A DNA stretch of 64,000 bases from Oikopleura dioica (Eukaryota > Animalia > Chordata): contig OU015567.1 of assembly GCA_907165135.1 (NCBI GenBank), forward strand, positions 10,788,001-10,852,000. Direction: 5' to 3'. The notes below the pieces were generated by a model. It saw nothing but the letters and a program-made list of their open reading frames with translations. It was not told the origin of the DNA and ran no database searches. The position numbers and the translations under genes were made by a program. Shown here piece after piece: positions 32,301 through 42,339 of this stretch (its first letter is position 1; each line of letters begins with the position of its first letter).

Positions 32301-35300
32301 TTATTGAAGCTTGGTCGCCAAAACTCGCTGAAATTCTTCTTGGTGATACTGACACAGTTTTTACTGTCAGTACAATATTGTAATAGGAAGTAAACGCGAT
32401 CTAACAAATGAATATTATTCAGTATTCGTTTTGAAAAGCAGAAGAAACGTAAGCCTTTTATATTTGACTTGCTTTACAAAATGTCGGAGGCTTCTCATGA
32501 TGAGAGTAAAACAGGTAAAGCTCTATTAAAAATCAATTCTAAAAATGAATTTCAAAGTGCTCCAGGGAATTATGACACAATCTAACTATGTCGTCGAATA
32601 TATTGAATCAGCTTTCGAAAAAGGATTCAAAAAATTATGGAGAATAATATATTGTATTATCTTGCATCCCTTTTAGTTATTTTTGATGGCGACCAAACAG
32701 AAAGGGAAAATAATATAAGAGAAATTCTCCAAACAATCGAATCTATTACTCAAAACTATTTAACTCATCTTGATGAAACCGAGAGTGGAGGCGATCATGG
32801 ATGGTTTCTCGTTTTGGCTAGAAAAAGATAATTTACCATTTTATTTGCTCAAGAAGCTAACAGTGATGTTTGCAAGTGCCTTCCTTTTTTACCTGAGCTC
32901 GGGTCAAGCGTATTTGACAAGACGAACTGATTTTTGTTTTGGCTTTTCATCGCGCTTGTAATAGAAAGTTGTTAACTTGCCATAAGAGAAATTCGATCGA
33001 AGGCACTGCAATTTGCGCTGTTAAAATTTTGAATTCAGAAAATATTATTTTCTCTATTTCTAGCCATATAAGATGGATTGCAGCATATAGTAGAATTAGA
33101 AATGAGCGACCGGCTTGGAGAAGACGTAACGCAGACTTTTATTGAGATTTTCAAAGAATATGCACTTGAACAAATTTTTCACAGCGAATAAAACTCATGA
33201 TGAATTTTCCAAAATTGCAAGAGCTTTCATTCGTTCAGCTTCAATGTCTTCCTCTCGTTCATTTTCACGTTGTCTCATTCCCTTATAAATATAAATTGAA
33301 TGCACAGTTAGAATCGAAGTTGGTCACCTCCCAAATCAACGCTTCTGCCTTTTCTTCATCATCAAGGAGTTTCAGATGCTCAAATGCTTTGTTTTGTTTT
33401 GCGATCGTAAGTCGCCACAGACGTATATCAAGCGTTCGAGTATCCGAAGTTTCAAGGCCCTTCAGAATTCAGAAAGGAAGGTTTCAGAAGCACTTTTTAA
33501 TAACAGTCAGGGACAGGGCGAAGCCGACCCGAAGGGGAGGCCACGCTCGTTTTTAATTACCGTCAGGCACAGAGCGTGGCCTCCCCTTCGGGTCGGCTTC
33601 GCTCTTTTTTCATTACTGTAAGGGACAGGGCGAAGCCGACCCGAAGGGGAGGCCACGCTCGTTTTTAATTACCGTCAGGCACAGAGCGTGGCCTCCCCTT
33701 CGGGTCGGCTTCGCTCTTTTTTTCATTACAGTAAGGGACAGGGCGAAGCCGACCCGAAGGGGAGGCCACGCCCGTTTTTTAATTACAGTCAGGGAGAGCG
33801 TGGCCTCCCTTCGGGTCGGCTTCGCTCTTTTTCATTACAGTAAGGGACAGGGCGAAGCCGACCCGAAGGGGAGGCCACGCCCGTTTTTTAATTACAGTCA
33901 GGAAGAGAGCGTGGCCTCCCCTTCGGGTCGGCTTCGCTCTTTTTTCATTACTGTAAGGGACAGGGCGAAGCCGACCCGAAGGGGAGGCCACGCCCGTTTT
34001 TTAATTACAGTCAGGGAGAGAGCGTGGCCTCCCCTTCGGGTCGGCTTCGCTCTTTTTCATTACTGTAAGGGACAGGGCGAAGCCGACCCGAAGGGGAGGC
34101 CACGCTCGTTTTTAATTACCGTCAGGCACAGAGCGTGGCCTCCCCTTCGGGTCGGCTTCGCTCTTTTTCATTACAGTAAGGGACAGGGCGAAGCCGACCC
34201 GAAGGGGAGGCCACGCCCGTTTTTAATTACAGTCAGGAGAGAGCGTGGCCTCCCCTTCGGGTCGGCTTCGCTCTTTTTTCATTACTGTAAGGGACAGGGC
34301 GAAGCCGACCCGAAGGGGAGGCCACGCCCGTTTTTTAATTACAGTCAGGAAGAGAGCGTGGCCTCCCCTTCGGGTCGGCTTCGCTCTTTTTTCATTACAG
34401 TAAGGGACAGGGCGAAGCCGACCCGAAGGGGAGGCCACGCCCGTTTTTAATTACAGTCAGGGAGAGAACTAAGCCTCTCTTTACAATTTATGAAACCTTG
34501 ACCAAACGTTCGCTCTAAAATTCAAATGAGAAAAATTCAGAAGAAATTCCGCTTACCAACAGGGCGATTGTCAGAAACGGCGACAATATTGTGCGGAATT
34601 CTATTTTTGTAAGCAGAAATCTCTGTATATTCTTTCGTCCACTTTTTATTAATACTCTCCCAAGCGACTGAAACTAGCTCGTTCAGTTTTCGGATCCAAG
34701 TCAATTTTCGTCGATGTTGATGGAGAATTACGTTCATTTTGTCAATCAAAAGAAGAATATCAGCCCCGGTTTGTTGATTCTGTCGCTCGGAATGAAGGAA
34801 TTTTCCTCTTTCCTCAAACATCACCATAAGATTATGAAACGCCGTATCGAAATTTTTTCCCAAAACAATTGGGTGTAAATTAGTTAAAGTTCAAATAAAA
34901 TTTAAACCCAGCCCATAATATGAAGTGAATAGACCCCTGCTTAACACGCTCCATTCTTTTCTCCATATCTGTGTACGCTTTCAAAAGTGAGCCGTAAGTT
35001 CTAAAATTTTTATTTTGTTATCAGAACAGGCCTTTCCTACCGTGAATGTCCTCCAGATGATTTAAGAAAAGGCTCGCTTACCGCCCACCAAAACATTGGT
35101 ATTATAGAAGATTTCAGTTTTGTCAAGTCGTAATCAGATTTTTCCGAAATGGTAAGAATCTATAAATTTTTGACGCTTAAAGCAAGAGTATATTTTTAAT
35201 ACCATGTTAGCGAATTTTCTGTCCCGATAATCCCGACAAGTTTTTAAAACAAGTTCTTCGTGTTTAAAAAAATTAAGCACGTTCGCTTGATGGACTGCGT

Positions 35301-38300
35301 AACTAATCTATGTTTGGAATAATTGTTTAAAATACGCATATTACCGGGATCCAATGTCCGAGAGAAAGGGGCGTGTCGAAAACGTTTCAGCTTCGAGAAA
35401 CGAAGCTTCGAGCCCAAAACGAATATCAGATCTACTATGACTGCATGTTGTTCGACTTCCGAAACTCATTTTTAGACTGTGTAGAAGATTCCAAGTGTCT
35501 TAGTTATTGGCTGAATTAAATATCTTATTGATTTGATGTATGTAGGAAAAAGCCGCTTCGCGGCTAGGTTTTTGTTAATAATTCTGATCTGTTATTTTAA
35601 CCATTTCCTGCGGGTCGGCCTTTCGGATTTTCAGCAAGTGCATCTCTTGATTTATCTTCGAACATAAAGTGTTCATAACTTCGAAGATCAAAGTTTGCCG
35701 CTTTGCAGTGATCGACATTGCAATCATAAAAATTTAAAAAATGCTTAGATCAAAAACTGACCCCTTTCCCACATGCATAACACAATGTAAAGGAATCGCT
35801 CCGGAGAAGCCATTTTCTTTAAGCTTATCAGAAAATAAAATGTTCGCCTTGAGCTGGGCATGAGCTATGAGATTGGATAAATACTTTAAACCCTTTTTAT
35901 CATACCTGTATCGCTCACTACGAACTTAAGCTTTTGAAATAACATCCGATAGAATGGCAATTTTATCAATTCTGCGAAGGCGGATTCTGCAATGTTTTCT
36001 GCAGAATGCTTTAACCGGCTTCAGATGTTTTTTTAAGGCAATATAAAAAAACAAGATTTAAGAATCTCAATTGTTTCAAAAAGAATTTTTGAAAAATGCC
36101 AATTTGACAATCCAAGTGTGAAATTTTAAACTTATTTACCACTTTTTAGTTTTCCCTCTACCGTTCCTTAATTTGCTGAAACAGGGACAAAAGCATAAAC
36201 CCACCACGTTCATTTGAAACTCCTAGTGCAGCGACCGCGCGATTACGCCTACTAGTGCTCCCGTCCATGTGAATGGTCAGGTAACGTGATGAGCGAACAA
36301 AACTCTCCATTTGATCATGAAGGATTGGGGTAAAGGCCCCAGTTAAGGAGGTGATAAAATTTTGGGAGGGCATAGCAACTGATTTGTCTGGATCGTCAAG
36401 AGCATTCTTCAAATCAGGAAAAAGATCAGTGAATTCTTCCAACGTCGATTGTATAGTCAATGTTGGAATACCCTTCATCTTAGATATAAGCAGAAATTTG
36501 ATCAAAGGAGTGTCGTAAGTTGGCTCAAATTCAATCTTACTAAAAGAAAATAAATTTCAGAGTTACCGTCATTTGACCGCGAATATCGCGGTTTCGATTA
36601 ACGGAGGTTGCAGGCGGATTCTTTTTTTGGAAGATAGATACAACTGGGCAGGTTTTCACTTCCAAAAATTCCGGAACAGGAATCGGAGACGGTGTTGGCT
36701 CTTGCCTAGGCCTTTTTGACGTTCTGGTAGCAGGAATTGTGCAAAAGTGATACTCAAAAGTCCCCATGTTTTCAAGCATTTCTTTTATTTTCTTTGAAAT
36801 ACGCGCAGAGTTCTGCCAAACAGCTTGTTCCATATCAACTTCATCCCAAATTTGAGCTCGAATATCAGTGTCAAGTATCCAGGACAAAAGGACCCTGTGC
36901 GCACCCTTCGTTGGGCGTATAAAATTCAACCAAGCATTATTTCCGTCTCGAGTACCTTCTCTCTTAAGTGTCTCTTTTTCTTCCCAATCTCTGAGAGTAA
37001 TCACGTCACTGTATGTCGTAACCAAGTATTTTGCAGTTTCGTAACTCATAGGACATGCCGGAGTTAGACTGGAAACAAACCCACAAAATATAAGATAAAT
37101 TTTCATATTTTAGGATTTTGGAAGAGAAATCCTCGTAGATCCATTTTTAAATACAGTATTATCAAAAATTATGTCATTCTCAGTTGTAGCCCAAACGACT
37201 TCTTTTCAATCTTTTTCATGACGCTGCAAAGTCTGAGAGACCAGCGCGGCTGTTCAAGTCGAGTTTCTTCATGTTTCAGAAAATCTTAGCTTAGCTAACG
37301 CTAAAATTCCGCCTGTGGTAGATAGATATGACCAATATCTAGTGCCGTTTTTCGGAGTTTCAATTGCAGTAGAGAGCCAAGAGTCAAACCTGTTTTTGAA
37401 AAGTAGCGATTTCCGCCTCTCGCAGGATTAAAATTTTCTTAAGAAAAATAAGTCTGATCATGGAATTCTCAGTAGATGAAGGTAGATCATCCCCTTATCT
37501 TATGCCGTTTTGAGAAAATTTTGTGTGCCCAAAACATACTTAACAAATTTTTTTTTTGAAGAAGTGGTTCAAAAATGAAGATTTTCATGAAATCAATGGT
37601 TAGTAAAAATCGCCTCTAAAATCCCGAAAATTAGCCCGTTTTATAATAGATCGACCAATTTTTAGTAATTAAATATGTAATTACTTAGTTTTCGTCCAAA
37701 AAACATTAACAAAAACTCCTTGGAACATTTATAGAATGATTTTAATACTGCTGAATACAAATTCAAAATTTAATTTTTTCATTGAAAATCGTGAAAAACA
37801 GGTAATCGATTTTTTTCTTACAAAATTTTTGAAATTTTAAATTCTGGTCTCCATAGGATCTAGACAAGGGTCTTATCTAACTTCTCAGAAGAAAATAAAT
37901 TCCGCCCTATATAAGGGTTTCGAGAAAAGTCTGCCAGGAAAATGGTCATTTTTAGCGATTTCCGAGTTTTCAACGCCATTTTTTACGATTATTTTCTGGA
38001 GATATAGAAATCGGCCTTCCATAGGCACGAGATAAGGGCCTCAACTCTCTATTAAAACAAAAAAAATCATTGGTCACTATGTTAGGATTGGGAGAAAAGT
38101 CTACCAGAAACTCCCGATTCTTGATATCTACCTCCTTAAGAGAAAATGACTTTATTTTCAGGATCCTGAAATCAAGGAAGAGAATGGATTCGTGGCGACT
38201 CGGCTTGGCCTTCGTGAGTGGAAGATCGGAATGGCTTTTTAATTAAATTTAGTATATATTTATTATTGTTAATTGGAAAATATTAAAAAAGCCTTAAATA

Positions 38301-40262
38301 GAAGAATAGAAAATTGTTTTTTTTTTGAAAAATAAAAAAATGACAATTATTTATGTTGTATCTTCTATTTTTATTAATATCATTTTAAATCATTTTATAA
38401 ATCTTTTTAAAAGAAAGAATTTCTTTAAAAAGAAAGAAATACCCATTACGCGCCGACCACCCTAGCCGCGCAAGGAAATGCCTGAGGGCGAACGCGGCGC
38501 CGTGCGCTCCGCGCCGCGCAAAGATCGACAAAAATAGACCTTCAATGGTCAATTACAGTATGTTAGTCATCTGCTTCCCATTATTTTTCAATCGAATATT
38601 GTTCTCCTCAATCAAAATTATATATATATCCAAAAAATTTCTGGGAAGCTTTTGACTAACATGGTTTTTGAACATAAATTTCCCTATATCTCTTCAACCC
38701 TTTAATTTTTTTTTCGGTGAAATAGATTTTTTTAACCTTTAAACAGATAAAAAACACCTATAAAAATTTGAAAACAATTGGATTTGTCTATCAAAAGATA
38801 GTTTTTTTGGGCGCGAACCCTAAATATCAGGCAATTACAGTCAGTGAGAGCGCATTAATTTAGGCGGAGGAGTTGAATTTCGAGGATCAGCCGGGATCCG
38901 GTAGCACTGAAAGAAATCAGACTAACAGTGAATACGATAGAGCACGGCCAGCAAACGCCGAAGAAGAAAAACTACAACTAGAGGTGACTAAATACTGCTT
39001 TTATCTTGCTATCACGTTTTTAGCTCGCATTGGCAATGTCTCGCGAAAGTGCTCCTCCAACCCAGCCAACTACAGGAAACCTAATTCAACCAGCAGCTAC
39101 AGTTACCCCTGCCCCGCCAGCTTCAACCCAACCACAGGCATCTTTTGATCCATGGGCTTCATCAAGTTCGACTCCCGTTGTTACTGCTCCTCCCGCAGCT
39201 CAAAAAGCGGCTCCTGCCACTAGTTGGGAGTCGTTTTCGAATGCTCCACAACAAGCAGCAACTCCTTCATCGTCAGATCCTTGGGGTACCCCAGCTCCTG
39301 CTGCGCCAAAGGCTTCAGCGGCTCCGGGTGCTAGTTGGACAGGTTTATAGCTATTTGATTGCGTTGTTTAATTTGTCTGATAGCATTTGATGACTCTTTT
39401 GGTACTGCATCCGCCTCTGCCACGACATCCGCCGCTAGTTACCCTCCACAAGCAGACTCTGTTCCTGCTGCGAAACCAGACTCATTCTTCGACTTGCCGA
39501 TCTCTGATCCAACCCCAGCGCCCGTTTCTCAGCCCGCTGTAGCTCCAGTTATGACGCCGATGACGCCGCAAGTCGCCCCTGAGAATGATCTTCTGGGCGG
39601 AGAAGTCGGAACATTGACCAGTCAAAATACTACGAGCGCTGCCCAGAAAAATGAAAAGATGCGTAAAACACCCACTGATTTCCTTGGAAAGGGAGCGAAT
39701 CTTGTTAACTTCGACAATCTTGTCTCGAGACCATCTGGTGCCGGAGCGATCAATCCATTCATGTCGTCGGGATTGCAGAAGACTAATCCATTCCACGCAA
39801 AAGGGCCAGGTAAATGCAATTCATGCCTTTGTACTCTTAGAGTTCTCTGAGTCAGAATTTAACAATTTTCAGAAGTTATTCATTCTACTAATCCCTTCGA
39901 CAACCTCTCTGACCCTTGTGGTACAGTATTCTAATTATTAGTAAAACATGGTTGTCGGTAATCTTTTTCTCGGTGTTCCTTTTATTGTCGGTGCATTTTC
40001 TTCTCACGCTAACACTTTTCAAGGTCTGTCGATGAACGCCATGGCCTCACAGCAAAACAAAGGTGGCTTCGCCGCCCTCGACGGAACTGGCATGGCTCCT
40101 CTCCAGCCGATGAACAACAATTCGGTCATGCAACCAATTCAGCCCACGAGCAGCCACGCGCCTGTCTTCTCATCCACCGCTCAGAACACAATGTTCGGCG
40201 CGAAGCCAATGTCCAGCCAACATTTCAATCAGCAAGCGTTTCGAAATAAATTATTTTTCTAG
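29369..40262 (+). CDS. EPN: Epsin-like protein (UIM, DPW and NPF motifs; no recognisable ENTH domain). Exons 29369-29384, 29431-29576, 38864 onward; intron 2 contains the 9.2-kb hAT element
   Basis: RARPANAEEEKLQLE|LALAMSRE (UIM), DPWASS, DPWGTP, KTPTDFLGKGANLVNFDNLV, AINPF and KTNPF. Removing the TE and one TSD leaves a typical 46-nt GT-AG intron that joins ...GGGRTTT to AEELNF... in phase 0. Confidence 0.8.
30224..33145 (+). CDS. Putative multi-exon passenger gene inside the hAT element; unknown product, possibly partly decayed
   Basis: First exon MRITVTKETFWGRHGKKIANILGMLAFMFGYAS with a GT donor; further AG/GT-bounded coding-like blocks at ~31105-31160, 31391-31458, 31796-32100, 32637-32961 and 32939-33145; AATAAA at 33187-33192 just downstream. 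A full reading frame could not be assembled. Confidence 0.4.
33195..37106 (-). CDS. hAT-family DDE transposase, intron-containing; 5' end approximate
   Basis: RYLTIHMDGST (first D, 36263-36265); HSAENIAE...KLKFVVSDT|AHAQLKAN (second D, 35910-35912); HCVMH CxxH motif (35773-35784); FLSDIGSR; NRPV-E-RTFG (catalytic E motif, compare Hermes ERTFS; codon split across a 42-nt intron 34556-34515); downstream exons KGLETSDTRTLDIRLW... and GMRQRENERE...ILENSS* ending at 33195. Confidence 0.8.
33494..34466. repeat. Array of 17 ~35-nt GC-rich cores in strictly alternating orientation (9 forward, 8 reverse), separated and flanked by 18 same-orientation ~21-24-nt linkers; period ~112 bp
   Basis: Forward core AGGGCGAAGCCGACCCGAAGGGGAGGCCACGC(T/C)C; reverse core AGAGCGTGGCCTCCCCTTCGGGTCGGCTTCGCTCT; linkers T5-7AATTAC(A/C)GTCAGG(G/C/A)A(G/C) and T4-7CATTAC(A/T)GTAAGGGAC. 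Confidence 0.97.
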
Positions 40263-41377
40263 TTCGTTATTTTTGTCACTCCTGCCTTTAGAAAAAAAAA
40301 ACTGTTTCGATTGATGATGCGCATGCTCAAGTAGTAGACATTTGTCATTATCTCTTGATTATATTAGGTATTAGATTCTCAGGGACACTCGGAAGACTTT
40401 ATCAGTCTCAGTACTAGTTGAAGTAAATTATGATATTGTAATCGTCCTCGTTAAAAAGCATGAATAGCATCTTTACTAACAAATAATTTTCGAACCGCTC
40501 CGCAGTCTAACAAAAGCCAAAGTAACCCGTTCAATTTCTGAAAGACTAAAAAAAGCAACACATTTCAATTCACGAAGACCGAAATAAATCCAGCGATTCT
40601 GCGCGCCAACTCCATTCAAAGTCCTGCATTTTCTTTCTTTTAAATTATATAAGTTTTCTTTACCATCTGCGACGAAAAACAACGAATATTTGAAATCCCC
40701 TGCTGCTAACTCTTATATTGATATTGACAGTTTGCATTTATACAGTTCAAGAATCAGTATCCTTTTCTGAATGTTGGATTCTTTCCTTTCTTTCCCATTT
40801 TTTTTCTCTGCTTTCGTTTTCTGACTCGTTCGTAGTTACTTTTCAGTTTCGATTATCAGTTTAACAAGCGCATGATTCAAATACGATTATTATTACCACC
40901 ACAGGAGGGCGGATATTAACAATTTTATTTGAACCGATGCTTTTTAAATGACCAATTAATCCGAATCCAGCTGAATTTCACTCTATCGGCTTTTTAATTT
41001 TTCAATTTCTCAGTAAAAAAGCACCTTATTCTTTACTTTTTAAGAATAGTCGAATGCATAGTATAATTAAATAAAAATGACGTATTAATATTATTTACCT
41101 TCACGCCAAATCTATTCATTTACCCACAAAGTTCTCGACTCCTTGACTGTAACTTACACCTTCTTAAGCCTGAAATTTTCCCCTAATTTTTTACTGGTAT
41201 TTTGTTTGATTACTGCGCTCATCAGTAATTGCTTGCGACAAATATTCTGTTAACCATCCTGGTGTCAAATTACTTTTTCCTTAAAATTCATTAAAAATTT
41301 TGATAATCTCAAATAAATGACTTTTTTATTTGAAAATACTTTGTTCCGAGCTCAAGAAACGTTGATCTCGAGCATCT

Positions 41378-42223
41378 CTATTTATTTGCAACAGAAATAA
41401 AGGCAGGTAGAATAAACCAGATCGACCAGATGCCGATCAGAAACTCGATAAAGTGGCTTTGAATATAATTTACGGCGATGACAAATTTCTGGAAACACGG
41501 GTGATCTTTGTATTCCTCTGATATCGAATTGACCACGTACACGAATACTAGGGCGACGAAAATAAGCATGATCGCGCGTATCTCTTTGATAAAGAAATTC
41601 GAACTAGTCGAAATTCTGATTATAATGCCGGATGTCGGCTTTTCGTAAAGAGCAAGTGCAGTTGGACTTATTTCGCATTCTTTCCGCAGTATTTTATAGC
41701 GTCGCTGCAAATCTAACAAAATATGACGGTGATTCTTTAGGAAAATTTTTCGTACCTTTGAACTTGAGCAGCTTTTTGGTCACCGCGGAGCTAAAGGAAA
41801 ACCAGCAGATTGTCAAGATCCAGTACAGCGGGTTCGAGCGGTTTCTATTTGCTGTTCGAAGAATCAACCCAGATAGTAAAATCCAAGAGAACCAAACGTC
41901 TTTTGTAAACACTTGCTCCATTGTCTCTCAGATGCTCAACTTTTGTGCGTCTTTTTTTTCTCTATATTTAGGACTTCGAGAATAGGATGCCTTTTGAATG
42001 GCCAATTTTAAAATTCTCGCCAACTGACGTGGTGCAAATCCAGTGAAGATCATGGTCAGCGAAACTCTGATTGATGTTCTTATTCAAGAATTTCTATGTC
42101 GGACTTGGCAGACGAAGTAATATCGAAAAATAATAGTCTTTTAGCGGACGCATTAAAGCAGCAGCTGTATCCGTTACCTTCAATCAAAATCGGCGCGTAC
42201 GTTGAACCTATTGTGAGCTTCAT
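41378..42223 (-). CDS. Putative multi-pass membrane protein, orphan; structure unresolved
   Basis: Adjacent minus-strand ORFs with several hydrophobic segments (WFSWILLSGLIL, LYWILTICWFSF, IMLIFVALVFVYVV, FIEFLIGIWSIWFILPAFI). No family recognised; joining needs introns or frameshifts. Confidence 0.35.
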
Positions 42224-42339
42224 AAAGTGTCATAAAAGTCGTGAGATTTTTATGAGGAAGTAGGGATTTACTTTTTTCGACGCAGGATATTTCAAAAGAT
42301 GTTTGTGATTGAAAGAGATTAAACTTTTTTGAGTTGACC

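Larger units (their letters stand above)
29590..38822. mobile_element. Large hAT-superfamily DNA transposon, 9,233 bp, with transposase, passenger gene and internal hairpin array
   Basis: 19-bp perfect TIR TAGGGTTCGCGCCCAAAAA (29590-29608 / 38804-38822), 8-bp TSD AATATCAG (29582-29589 / 38823-38830), and internal hAT transposase motifs. Confidence 0.95.

Noticed and set aside
33197-34450. ORFs 33197-33556, 33376-33621, 33800-34450, 33779-33991 and 34223-34438 as proteins, including a THAP-like look of MLKCFVLFC
   Set aside because: They are by-products of the repeat or antisense to transposase exons. The THAP CxxH/W signature is absent.
33494-34466. Calling the array a CRISPR array
   Set aside because: The context is eukaryotic with no cas genes, the linkers are near-identical rather than unique spacers, and the cores alternate in orientation. 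Reported as a repeat instead.
40476-40830. Minus-strand ORF 40476-40682 and adjacent Lys/Arg-rich frame
   Set aside because: No recognisable motif or consistent splice phases; it may be the 3' part of the 41-42 kb membrane gene, but this cannot be supported.
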